This document shows, in pieces, positions 1 through 12,658 of a DNA stretch of 64,000 bases. The position numbers were made by a program, and so were the translations under genes. The DNA comes from Octopus bimaculoides (taxonomy: Eukaryota): the NCBI RefSeq assembly GCF_001194135.2, contig NC_068999.1, positions 54,691,048 through 54,755,047 of the forward strand. The letters run 5' to 3'. Numbering within the stretch: position 1 is the stretch's first letter; the number at the start of each line of letters is the position of its first letter. Under the pieces are notes generated by a model, which had not been told where the DNA came from, made no database searches, and worked only from the letters and a program-made list of their open reading frames with translations.

Positions 1-232
1 GCACATAAAAGACACCATTTCGAGCGTGGCCGTTTTCGTGCGGGTGACACGTAAAAGCACCCACTACACTCTCTGAGTGGTTGGCGTTAGGAAGGGCATC
101 CAGCTGTAGAAACTCTGCCAAATCAGACTGGAGCCTGGTGTTGCCATCCGGTTTCACCAGTCCTCAGTCAAATCGTCCAACCCATGCTAGCATGGAAAGC
201 GGACGTTAAACGATGATGATGATGATGATGAT
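1..232 (+). mobile_element. Retroposon 3' part ending in ggacgttaaa(cgat)(gat)n; young, CpG-rich copy
   Basis: Same tail recurs at ~915-1085(+), 1180-1335(+), 3830-3905(+), 5107-5350(-), 6790-6960(+), 9470-9625(+), 24347-24600(-), 30045-30143(-), 39522-39910(-), 42885-43085(-) and 51800-51872(-). Confidence 0.85.
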
Positions 233-1442
233 ATAGAGAGAGAGAGAGAGAGAGAGAATTTGTGTGTGTGCGCGTGTATGTTCCTTATGCATTCCAAAAC
301 TAAGTAGCTGATTTTAACGTATGGGGTATTAAAAGATTCAGTAGGCTTTTGGCTACCTAATAAACAATATTTTCATTCATATATTTGCATTACAAAAATT
401 GTCATTTTTCTTTTAGTTACCCCGTTGTAAACATTTTATATCACCACCACAACGACAATGACGTCACATTTTCTATATGAGAGTGTTTGCACGTTCGTTG
501 CCCATGTTAAGCTGATGACTGACAAGTATATGTGTATGATGGTGTATGTGTCTGTCAGTATACATACATTTTTGTGACGACTGACACACACAGGGACAGA
601 GATAGGCTTCAGGTGTGTGTTAATGTATGTTTGTGTGTGTCTTAGTTTATGTATGTAACTTTCTCCTGCTCAACAGTGAAACATGCCGATATTGAAAGTT
701 TAGTTGCAGCCTGGACTTTAATCGAACAACAGCGTTCACTTTGAAGTACTACCAACATGAAGATTTGGCTGATTTAACACCACTCACAATACTCGCAAAT
801 ATATATACACCTAGAGGAAATATTTTCTGTTATAGCCCTGGCCTAACAAAACATTATGAATGAACCTGGTAGACAGAAACTGAAAAGAAGTGCATTGTAT
901 GTACATATGTAGGTAAAAGCATCCAGCACACTCTGTGAAGTGGTTGGAGTTAGGAAGGGCTTCCAGCTGTAAAACCCATGCAAAAACCAACTGGAGTCTG
1001 ATGCAGTCCCCTGGTTTGCCAGCTCTGGTCACACCATCTAACCCATGCCAGCATGGACAATGGACGTTAAATGATGATGATGATATGTGTGTGACATCAC
1101 AAGATGGTTGTAAACTAACATCACCATCTTACAAACAATGTAGTTTATTTCTAGTCTTTTGTGAAGAACGTGTCTAGTTGTGGGGAAATATTACCTTGTC
1201 AGGAAAGAGGCGAGTGTTGGTGACAGGAAGAGCATCTGGCCACAGAAAAAAAATCTAACTCAACAAATTCTGCCTGACCAAAGCAAGCATGAAAAAGTGG
1301 ACATTGAATGATGACGATAATGATAATAATGATGCTCAACTGTGCTGTTTTCATGGAATTATCTACTGTGTTGTTTAAATATACAATTGACTTCATCTAT
1401 TAATACAACAGAGATTATAAATGAGAAAAAGGACTTAACTCA

Positions 1443-1607
<165 letters not shown>

Positions 1608-1647
1608 TTACAAATTTGTTTTTATTGATAGTGTTATTACTATGTTT

Positions 1648-1985
1648 GAAGGTGCATGGCTCAGTAGTCAGAGTGTCAGGCTCACAATCATGAGGTAGTG
1701 AGTTTGATTCTCAGACTGAGTTGTATGTTGTGTTATTGAGAAAGACACTTTATTTCATGTTGCTCCAGTTCACTCAGCTGTAGAAATGAGTTACAGCTGG
1801 GCACCAGTGACGTTGCATCAGCCTTTGCCTTTCCCTCGGATAACATTGTTGGCATGAGGAAGGGAGGCTGGTATGCATGGGCAACTGCTGGTTTTCCATA
1901 AACAACCTTGCCTGGACTTGAGGGTAACTTTCTAGGTGCAATCCCATGGTCATTCCTGACTGAAGGGGGTCTTTACTCCTTACTA
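1648..1985 (+). mobile_element. tRNA-derived SINE family 'A' (~330 bp)
   Basis: tRNA-like head (tggctcagtag..gagtttgattc); alignable over its length with a second copy at ~18455-18765(+). Confidence 0.8.
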
Positions 1986-2994
1986 TCTTAGCCTACAAGG
2001 AGGTGAGTTGTCAGAATTGTTAGTGTGCTGGACGAAATGCTTAGAGGCACTTCATCTTTCTTTATGTTCAGAGTTCAAATTCCACTGCAGTTGACTTTGC
2101 TTTTCATCCTATCGGTGTTGATAAAATAAGTACCAGAGTGACACAGGGGTTGATGTAATAGACTTAGCCCCATTCCCCAAACCTGCTAGCTTTGTGCCAA
2201 CATTTGAAACCAACAAAATTCCTTGATCGAATTATTATAAAGGCTGGCCGAATTGTTAGCATGCAGGACAAAATGCTTAGCTGTACTTTGTCTTTCATCC
2301 TTTTTGGATGAAATAAGCACCAGTTGAGCATTGGGGATAATGTAATCGACTAGCCCACGCTCAGAAAATTGCAGGCCTTGTGCCAAATGGAAAAGGAGTT
2401 ATCTGTTATGTTAGTCTATATTCTTTATTGTGGCTACTAACTTCTAGATCAGTGTTTCTCAACATATTTTTTGCCTAGTGCTCCATCATGAATACAGCTC
2501 ATGATGGGGAACACTTAAGAAGTTTTAATTAAAACTTGAGTTTTTCTTTAAAGGGTTTAGGCAAACATTTTGACTCTGTACTTATTTTTAACGTTTGTTG
2601 TTCTATTCTGTTGGTCTCTTGCTGAACTACTCAGCTACAGGGATGTACAGAAACCAAGAGCAATCGTCAGGCAGCGACAGGGAACAAACATAAAAACACA
2701 TACATTATATTCACACACAACAAGCTTCCACACAATTTCCACCAACCAAATTCATTCACAATGCATTGGCCAGTTCAGGGCTATTGTAGAAGTCACATTC
2801 CAAGGTGCTGTGCAGTGGGATTGAAAAGAGTGCTTCTTAGCCGCACAGCCTTGGCTGTGCCCTATTCACTTGTTACTAGGAAGTAACCAATGCCCTACTA
2901 GTGGGGTATGCAACCCATCTTGAGAAACACTATTCTAGATTATCCATTTGTTTTAAAGTAGATATGAGAGGGTAGTGAAATGTTCCTGGCTTTA

Positions 2995-3183
2995 AGGGTA
3001 TTGTGAAAGGCCAGGTTGGAGGACCAACCTCCCAAGTTCTTTTACAGGGCTTAGAAAAACTGAAGGACTGCTGCAATAAGTGTGTGAATTTGAGAGGGGA
3101 ATATGTTGGATAAAATCATAATTAACTGATCTTTCTCTACTTTCTTTTACCCAAAGCCAAGAACTTTTCAGCACTCCCTCATA
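2995..3183 (+). mobile_element. Mariner transposon 3' end
   Basis: Encodes LQGLEKLKDCCNKCVNLRGEYVG* (mariner C-terminal GEYVE-type motif), followed by a TIR reading TATGAGGGAGTGCTGAAAAGTT on the minus strand. Confidence 0.75.
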
Positions 3184-3411
3184 CATAAGACAGAATATAC
3201 AGTATACTTAACCAATATACTTGGACTCAATCTGTGTGCTATAAGGAGAGGATTTTTTTACCAATGGTAGATTACTTGTATTTTATAGACATGTTTTGTC
3301 TGGCAGGACACCAGAGCAAGTAGAATAACAAGAGATATATAATTTCCAAGACAATAATATCAATGAAAATGATCAAAATATAAATTAGGTTATCAACAAA
3401 TTCCATCATCA

Positions 3412-3588
<177 letters not shown>

Positions 3589-3910
3589 CTAGAAATAAAG
3601 AGAAAATGACAATTATAGGATAATTATGTTCTTTTTGTCTCATTTAAAATTAAGCATAAAATGCAATGACTTATACACAAGCAAACATAGTGTGTATCTG
3701 ATAGGAATGGTGACGCAGACAGGAGAACTAGAATTCTGAATATGAGTATATGCATATTTTTTATTAATATTTAATAGAAACAACAGACTGAGAGTTTTGT
3801 GCATTGGCAATTATCAAACTATAGGGGTGGGCCCTGGCCTTGCCAGCTCCTGTCAAGCTGCCCAACCCATGCCAGCATGGAAAACAGACATTAAATGCTG
3901 CTGATGTTTA

Positions 3911-3965
<55 letters not shown>

Positions 3966-4611
3966 NNNNNNNNNNNNNNNNNNNNNNNNNNNNNNNNNNN
4001 NNNNNNNNNNNNNNNNNNNNNNNNNNNNNNNNNNNNNNNNNNNNNNNNNNNNNNNNNNNNNNNNNNNNNNNNNNNNNNNNNNNNNNNNNNNNNNNNNNNN
4101 NNNNNNNNNNNNNNNNNNNNNNNNNNNNNNNNNNNNNNNNNNNNNNNNNNNNNNNNNNNNNNNNNNNNNNNNNNNNNNNNNNNNNNNNNNNNNNNNNNNN
4201 NNNNNNNNNNNNNNNNNNNNNNNNNNNNNNNNNNNNNNNNNNNNNNNNNNNNNNNNNNNNNNNNNNNNNNNNNNNNNNNNNNNNNNNNNNNNNNNNNNNN
4301 NNNNNNNNNNNNNNNNNNNNNNNNNNNNNNNNNNNNNNNNNNNNNNNNNNNNNNNNNNNNNNNNNNNNNNNNNNNNNNNNNNNNNNNNNNNNNNNNNNNN
4401 NNNNNNNNNNNNNNNNNNNNNNNNNNNNNNNNNNNNNNNNNNNNNNNNNNNNNNNNNNNNNNNNNNNNNNNNNNNNNNNNNNNNNNNNNNNNNNNNNNNN
4501 NNNNNNNNNNNNNNNNNNNNNNNNNNNNNNNNNNNNNNNNNNNNNNNNNNNNNNNNNNNNNNNNNNNNNNNNNNNNNNNNNNNNNNNNNNNNNNNNNNNN
4601 NNNNNNNNNNN
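3966..4611. other. Assembly gap (N run)
   Basis: Other gaps at 7959-8259, 27919-28476, 30470-31049 and 40897-40906; most abut (TA)n microsatellites. Confidence 1.
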
Positions 4612-5005
4612 TAAGAGAGGGGGAAGATGGGTATGGGAGGGGAGAGGAAGAGAGGAGAGAGGGTGGGTATAAGAGAGGGAAGGTGGGTATGGGGGGGAGA
4701 AAGAGAGGAAGAAAAAGAGAGTGAGAGAGGGAAGAGGGTATGGGGGGGAGAAAGAGAGTGAGAGAGTAAGAGTGTAGAGAGCAGGAGTGAGAGAGGGGGG
4801 GGAGTACGAGAGAAGAGAGTGAGAGAGAGTAAGAGAGAGGAGAGAAAGACTAGGGGTGAAGAGAAGTGGGAGTGGAGAGAAGTAGGAAGAGAAGCTGGAG
4901 TGAAGAGAAGTAGGAAGAGAAGTAGGAAGAGAAGTTGGAGTGAAGTAGGAAGAGAAGTGGGAAGAGAAGTAGGAAGAGAAGTAGGAGTGAAGAGAGGTGA
5001 AGAGA
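4612..5005. repeat. Polypurine (GA-rich) low-complexity tract with 12-mer gaagagaagtag repeats
   Basis: Seen directly; a similar GA-rich tract lies at ~57230-57560. Confidence 0.85.
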
Positions 5006-5041
5006 CATACAAACAGACAGTAAATGATGATGATGATGTTG

Positions 5042-5077
<36 letters not shown>

Positions 5078-5310
5078 CCAACTCATGCCACCAGGAAACA
5101 TAAACGTTAAGAGATAATTATGATGACATCATCATCATCATCATCAACATTTAACATCCATTTTCCATGCTAGCAGGAGTTGGATGGTTTGACAGGAAGT
5201 GGTAATGTGAGGGGCTGCACCAGGTTCTATAGCCTGTTTTGGCTTGGTTTCTACAGCTGGATGTTCTTCCTGATGCCAACTATTTTACAAAGTATACTGG
5301 GTGCTTTTTA

Positions 5311-5691
<381 letters not shown>

Positions 5692-5806
5692 TTAATCATT
5701 TGGTAACGACTTAGTACAGGAGTCTCAAGACAATTTACTTTGTATAGAAAAGTAATACAGTGATGTATAAACAACAGACCTAATTCCATAAAACGAAATA
5801 ACTTAC

Positions 5807-5993
5807 CCACAACTCTTCACCAACCAAATAACTATCCAAATAGTTTACAATATTTGGATTTTGGTTTTCCCTCATGACGAGGATTTCATTGATAATAAGT
5901 TCTTTTTTCGGCTGCTGAGAAAGATTCATTGTTTTAATAGCAACTTCCCGACCAGTTGCAATTTCTATAGCAATAAAAACAGTTCCTGACGCA
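5807..5993 (-). CDS. PAK1: Group I PAK kinase exon, N-lobe (VAIK lysine, alphaC)
   Basis: (G)[62 protein letters not shown]. Acceptor ctttcag, donor gtaagt, phase 2 to 0. Confidence 0.96.
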
Positions 5994-7248
5994 CTGAAAG
6001 TAAAACGAAATATAAAAAATAATAATACAGCAATACAAAAATAATTTTACAAATTTAAAATAACTTTAATACTTTCATTACCAATAGTTCTACAGAATGT
6101 TTTAATTAATTTTGGAAATAATTAAAAAATTAAAAAAAATTTAGTAAAATGACTTTCTTACAGTCTTTGTAACATAAACTAATAAAATGTTTTTAAAGTT
6201 ATAACCAAATGTTTTAATTAAAATACAGACTCTTTAAAATGAGACACTTTTGTATTTGAGAAACAGAGGTTACAAAAACTAGAATGTCAGAGAGGAGGCA
6301 GGGTTTATGTTCATTAAATTACTATTAAATTGAAACCAACATAAGAGATATAGATGATGACACTGACCACAGTATATTACTGGTACATATTCTACCATTT
6401 CTATATTTCAAAGGTTAGTTAGAGCCAAACTATTCAATACAGAGAGTATTGAAAATAAAACATGATGTTGGTAATGATGATGATCATGATGGTCATATGG
6501 TAGCATTTACAAACATGACACTATTATAATGGAGGTGTAGAAATTAGTGGTGTGGCACTGATGGCAGCAACACCTTGAGAGCACAGGTGTGGTTGTGAGG
6601 TTTAGATGCTTGCTTCCTAACCATTTGGTCTTAGGTTTAATCCTACTACATGGCACCTTGGGCAAGTGTTTTCTGAAAGAAATCCATTGTGTGTGTATAA
6701 GTATGCATATAAGTATATGTATAAGGTACATGTTTGTGTGTACCCTTGCCAAGATATCATGTGATGGTTGTAAGCAGTGTTGTTCATTTCTAGTCATCCA
6801 TGAAAAATATACCTGACTATAGGGAAATATCACCTTTGCTTGAAAAACAAGTGAAGGGTGGTAATAGGAAGAGCACCCAACTATAAAAATAGCTGCCTCA
6901 ACAAATTCCATCTGACCTATGCAAGCATGGAAAAGTGGATGTGAAATGGAGATGGCAATGGGCATTATGAATTAATACAGGTGAGGGAGAAACAGGGTTA
7001 ATCAAAGATGGATATTGTTTTAATTTTCCTGATAAGTATGGAAGACAACACTGGACATATTTCAATATTATTTTGATAACTCAGAGAAGTTGCCACCAAC
7101 TAAGATGTTTTGGTTACAATGGTGATGATGATGATGTTATGATAGTGTTTATAAACATGACATTCTTAACTATAATGAAGGCGCTGAAATTAATGTGGTG
7201 GTGATGATGATGATGATGATAATGGTGGTGGCAGCAGATAGAACTTAC

Positions 7249-7424
7249 CCTTGACCAATTTTTTCCATTTTTGTATATTTCCTATTTGGGTCTCCTATAG
7301 TTACTATGGTCCGCAGTTTTTCTACAATTTCTTCATCACTCATCTTCTTCTTTTTCGGCTTCTCCTTCTGACCACCTTGTGTAGCACCATTGGTCTTGTC
7401 TTCAGGCTCAATTGGTTTAGTATA
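7249..7424 (-). CDS. PAK1: Group I PAK exon, linker and start of kinase domain
   Basis: [58 protein letters not shown](G). Acceptor tttccag, donor gtaagt, phase 0 to 2. Confidence 0.95.
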
Positions 7425-7589
7425 CTGGAAAGGACATACATACATATATATAATATATATATATATACATGGGTTGGACAAAATAATGGAAACACCTAGT
7501 ATCATAGCTTCATAATTTTGAAATATCTATAAAACCATCAAAAGCTTGTTTATTTTTATGTTTTTTCATTTATTATTAGTGTTGCTTAA

Positions 7590-8625
7590 CCCTTTCGTTA
7601 CTATATTTCTGACCAAAATACACCCCTCATGAGTTTCAATTAAATTCTAAAATAATCATGAATTTAGACTAGTCTCATTAAACACCTGTAACTTTTTTAT
7701 TTATCAACATATTAATGTGATATTTGGAACATAATTAAAGAAAGGGTTCTTAATCAATTCTATTGCATAATTTTTGTCTCAAAGTTCTCCACGTACTGGG
7801 TGTGTGTGTGTGGGGGGGTGTACTGCTAGTGTCTCTCATGTAAATATTGGTTCAGCTTCACGAATCGTACTCGTTCATAATACTGGAAATATATTCATCG
7901 CCAAAAGGTTCCTGATCGCTCCAGTAATTTGTTATTCTGGGTAACTGTCTAATATCCANNNNNNNNNNNNNNNNNNNNNNNNNNNNNNNNNNNNNNNNNN
8001 NNNNNNNNNNNNNNNNNNNNNNNNNNNNNNNNNNNNNNNNNNNNNNNNNNNNNNNNNNNNNNNNNNNNNNNNNNNNNNNNNNNNNNNNNNNNNNNNNNNN
8101 NNNNNNNNNNNNNNNNNNNNNNNNNNNNNNNNNNNNNNNNNNNNNNNNNNNNNNNNNNNNNNNNNNNNNNNNNNNNNNNNNNNNNNNNNNNNNNNNNNNN
8201 NNNNNNNNNNNNNNNNNNNNNNNNNNNNNNNNNNNNNNNNNNNNNNNNNNNNNNNNNNNTGTGCTTTTGTAGCTCATTCATTCTTTTCTTCGATATCTCC
8301 ATATCTTCTGTTGAAAAACCTTCAAATTCGGAATCACTGCTTGATAGCATGAAACTCCTCTCCATCTTCAAAGTTGAAAAAAATCAACGCTGCAAAAAAT
8401 GTGGAAAAAAATCTTCCAAAATTCACTGAGTTCAAATATCAGGCCAAACAATCTCGGAGACAATAGCTCAACTGTTTGTAAAGTGAAATCAGGTGTTTTA
8501 ACGAATGTATTAACGAGATTTGGGTTCAAATATACATTTAAATAACAATGGGTACGCTCGGCCGGCTTAGTCTTATGAACCAAAAACTTTTTCGGCCAGC
8601 TACGGCCGGGTTAGTAACGAAAGGG
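7590..8625 (-). mobile_element. piggyBac-family DNA transposon derivative, internally deleted and partly in an N-gap
   Basis: TTAA at 7586-7589 and 8626-8629; perfect 13-bp TIR CCCTTTCGTTACT. Minus-strand transposase remnants: acidic N-terminus SSDSEFEGFSTED, LPRITNYWS..FGDEYISSIM, then a 1-nt frameshift into RVRFVKLNQYLH. Confidence 0.9.
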
Positions 8626-8870
8626 TTAATATGTTTTACTAAAATTGCTGTTGCTTTTTACAGATATCATCAGAAAACGGTACACTTATATGCTTTTCAA
8701 AATTTGGTGGTACACCTAAACTAAAAATATAACTAAAAGCATAGGGAGATTATATTCAGGTTACACCGTGGCACACCAGTGTGCTACAGCATACCGGTTG
8801 CATAGCACTGCTTTACACCATCTTGGTTTCATATCATCAAAAGTATACAAACCGCCAGGGTAATACTTAC

Positions 8871-8975
8871 AATAGATTTTGTTTTATCAGGTCTGGTAGT
8901 AATTGGAGGGGGTACCTCTTCCTCTTCTTCTTCCTCCTCCTCAGGAGTAGTGGGAGCTGAGTTTTCAGTTTTAGG
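8871..8975 (-). CDS. PAK1: Group I PAK exon, acidic tract and PIX-binding-type proline motif
   Basis: PKTENSAPTTP-E9-VPPPITTRPDKTKSI, homologous to vertebrate PPPVIAPRPEHTKS. Acceptor ttcttgtag, donor gtaagt, phase 0 to 0. Confidence 0.93.
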
Positions 8976-10859
8976 CTACAAGAACACACATACAAAAAAA
9001 AAAAAAGGAAAAAAACGGTGAGCACTCTTGCATTAAACATTAATGTTTAGACAAGTAGAATACCTAATATAAATGGGACAACAGGAGAAGAATACTATGT
9101 TGGAAAGTTGCCTTGTGTGGTTATGAGATCCTAGAAGACTGAGATTGATACTATGGGAGGAATGACAAAAGATGTCTCTGGGCAGAAGTTATTGCAATGA
9201 AGGGACCAAGAAGCTGTAGGAGTTTATAACGAGTTTTTCAATAAGGAGAATAAAGGAAAACTGCCATGGTTCTCGTCACACACCCGCAAACAGAATTAGA
9301 TAAGAGCTTCTCCACCCCACAAACACCGATGAATCATGTCAATAGAGTGATATAGAGATTCATCCCCCATGAACAGACATGTTTTCCCAGAAGATCGGAA
9401 ATAAAGGACACCATTTACATTCTGGTGGCACTGGTTTACAACTGTCATGCAATGTCAAGGCAAAGTGACAAGAACACACACACAAGGCATTAGGAAGGGC
9501 ATCCAGCTGTAGAAACCATGCCAGAATAGACAATAAAGCCTGGCCTTATCAGCTCCGGTCAAACTGTCCAACCCATGCCAGCATGGAAAATGGACGTTAA
9601 ATGATGACGATGCTGAAGATAATGATATGCGTAGATATACATGTGCGTGTGTATACATCTTTAACTTTTGTTTCAATTATTTGGACTGTGGTCATGCTGG
9701 GGTACGGCTTTCAAGAATTTTAGCCAAACGCATTGACCCAGTGTTTATTTTTCTAAACCTGGCATTTATTCTATTGGTCTCTTTTGCTGAACCACTATGT
9801 TACAGGGATACATACCAACACCTGCTGTCAAGTGATGGTGGGGGACAAACATGGACACATGACCGCAACATATATACACAGTGGGCTTCTTTCAATTTCT
9901 TACCAAATCCACTAACAAGATTTTAGTTGGTCCAAGGCTAGAGTAGAAGCTTCTAGCCCAAGGTGTCACACTGTGGGACTGAACTCGGAACCACATGGTT
10001 GGGAAGCACATGGCTCCAGGTTCAGTCCCACTGCAAGACACCCTGGGCAAGTGTCTTCTACTGTGTCGGAAGGCTAACCAAAGCCTTGTGAGTGGATTTG
10101 TTAGACAGACACTGAAATCCTGTCATATATCTATCTATCCATACATGTGTGTGAGTGTCTGTCCCTCACCATTGCTTGATAACTGGTATTGGTGTGTATA
10201 CATCCCTGTTACTTGGCAGTTTCATAAAAGAGACTGATAGAATAAGTACCAGGCTTGATGCGTTGATGGGCTTCTTTCAGTTTCTGTCTACCAAATTCAT
10301 TCACAAAGCTTTGGTCAGGTGGGATCTATAGTAGAAGACACTTGCTGAAAGTGCCATGCAGTGGGATTGAACCCAGAACCATGTGGTTGGGAAGCAAACT
10401 TCCATCACACAGCCACACCTGCACTTGTACAAAATTATACATGTGTGTGCACGTGTGTTTATTTAGATGATAGCACTTACAAGACTAGTTGTGTGTGTTT
10501 TGAATTCACAAGAGTGTATACAAAATGCTTAAATTTATGTCTTATATGTGTAGAGGAGATGAGAGTGAATATTTTTTGACTTGTCAATACTGGTCAATGC
10601 ACTCTGGAATTGCCTCCCCATACCAAATTATTCTGTGGTATTTTGATTAGTATTGAATAGATGAATGCTATTCACCTCAACTTTACCTTATACATATATA
10701 AACACTGAATTTCAAATCTTGTGGTATTCTTACTATAAGAGTATAATACTTGAAGTGTCAGGAATTATTAACAATAAAAGTTGTTCTTCAATAACTGAAG
10801 CAAAAATAGATATGCCCCAACACCTACAAATAAATATATACATATATATAGTTACTTAC

Positions 10860-10924
10860 ACATATCACAAGAGTGGTTCCAAATTTGTCTGAGAAGCTTG
10901 GTCGAACAGAGCTTGAGCTTGAAC
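10860..10924 (-). CDS. PAK1: Group I PAK small linker exon (65 nt)
   Basis: Needed to reconcile the phase-1 donor at 12170 with the phase-0 acceptor at 8975. Strong acceptor (tttatttacttcttttgcatcctcag), gtaagt donor, open frame SSSSSSVRPSFSDKFGTTLVIC. Confidence 0.8.
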
Positions 10925-12169
10925 CTGAGGATGCAAAAGAAGTAAATAAAATCATAAATATGCTTAGTTCATAACTGGATAATCAGAAACCCAACCATAA
11001 ATCTTTGGATCAGCTTGAACCACAAGGACAGGGATAGGACTATACAGATGGAATGGACAGCTAAGACCACATGGGCAGTGTAGCTAGGACTATATGGATC
11101 GAGGTGGCAGTGAAGGCTACAAAGACAATGTTAGTGAGGACTATGGGGGGGGGGCAATTAAGAATCACAAGGACCGAGATATTTTCCATTGTTTGGTTTA
11201 ACACCACCACCAGGACCCTGAGTGTCTAGGATGAGGATGAGTTTCTCCTTTCCTTCCACTAGTCATGGGTCCTGAAAAGGGTCATGGACACTACCTTCCT
11301 TCCCTTGACAAAGTCTTAAAGAAAAATAAAAAACAAGGATAGAAGCTAAGAGAAGACAACTGAATTACCTCCCCTTCAGTAAGTATTTCCTCTCAGTGAC
11401 CAAACATGCACAATACAAAGACGACCATGACAAAACCTCTCTCCTTAGTGAATAAATCATCCACAGAAATGTTATGGAGTCTAACTATAAAGAAGGTAAT
11501 GAGAGAAGTTCACTGTTGTGTGACACTTTGGGCAAGTGACTTCTGCTATAACCTCAAGCTGACCAAAAAGTCAGTCATAAAGGCAAGCTTTCCAATATTT
11601 TCAGTATCATGATGTATCCAAGGTATTGTACTGCAATGCTTATCCAAGATATGATATCCATATATATATATATATATATATATATCTAAGACATGATATC
11701 CTAAAAAGGTTGAGTTGTTAGAATGTGGCATAAAATGTCTTGTGGTATGTGTTTTAGCTCTATGTGTTCTGAGTTCAAATCTCACGTTGGGGAAATTTGC
11801 TATTCATATTTTCGGGGTGAATGTACCAGCCAAAGGAGGAAGATTGGTGAAATTGTTACAGGATGAGACAAGATGCCTTGCAATATTTGTTCTGGCTTTT
11901 TGCATTCTGACAACAATACTTGTGATAACGCTGGTCTCAAGTTGTATCAAACCCTGCCATTCCATTGGATGACATCAAAAACAGAGAGAGAATAGACTTG
12001 TGTGCATAAAAACCTGCATCTTGCAGAGGAACTTTCTAGTTGCAGATCCATCATAGTCTTATGGGATAAATGGAGGCCTTTGATCCCTATAGTTGTTTCA
12101 GATGTATTACCCATTATATATTCTGGGCGAGATACTCCCTAAATGTGTCCACACACATTAGATACTTAC

Positions 12170-12332
12170 TACTACTAGACTGTTTAATATGCATATATTT
12201 GGATTCTTTTTTCTCTTTTGTAGAGTTATCGTAGTAGTTAAGTACATCAAGAACAGCCTGTGGGTTTTTCTTCTGTTCCAGTTTAGATATATTGGAGTTT
12301 TGTAATAACTTCGCCCATGACTCTGGCATGCC
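12170..12332 (-). CDS. PAK1: Group I PAK exon, autoinhibitory domain
   Basis: [54 protein letters not shown](S). Acceptor ttctctag, donor gtaagt, phase 0 to 1. Confidence 0.96.
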
Positions 12333-12458
12333 CTAGAGAAGAAAAAGACCACAAATTAATAACAATTATTAAAACTTAATTCAATTCAAACATCAACTTT
12401 TATGGTTTCATTACTCAAGGAGTTTCAATTTTAATACGATATTAAAAGACACTATCTC

Positions 12459-12658
12459 TAGTGGTTTTCAACTATATTTTACCTATGGACCCCTCTGATT
12501 ACTATTTTACCTTGGTGGACCCCATCGCCATTCGATATTTAAGAACTAGCTTTACAGATATTTCTTTCAAAGTTTGTATTTTGTTTTTCACATATTCATG
12601 AATCTTTAAAAAACTACTGTGGGTCCCCAAGTTACTATTTGGCTTGCGTGAACCACTG
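12459..12658. mobile_element. hAT-like MITE
   Basis: Ends tagtggtt and aaccactg; TSD not clear. Confidence 0.5.

Noticed and set aside
3840-5081. Long ORFs of 230-405 aa (also at 27774-28566 and 30052-31185)
   Set aside because: They consist of N-gaps, (TA)n and GA-rich low-complexity sequence.
10481-10527. Alternative 47-nt bridging exon with gtaagt donor
   Set aside because: AAG acceptor with no pyrimidine tract; 10860-10924 is a far better candidate.
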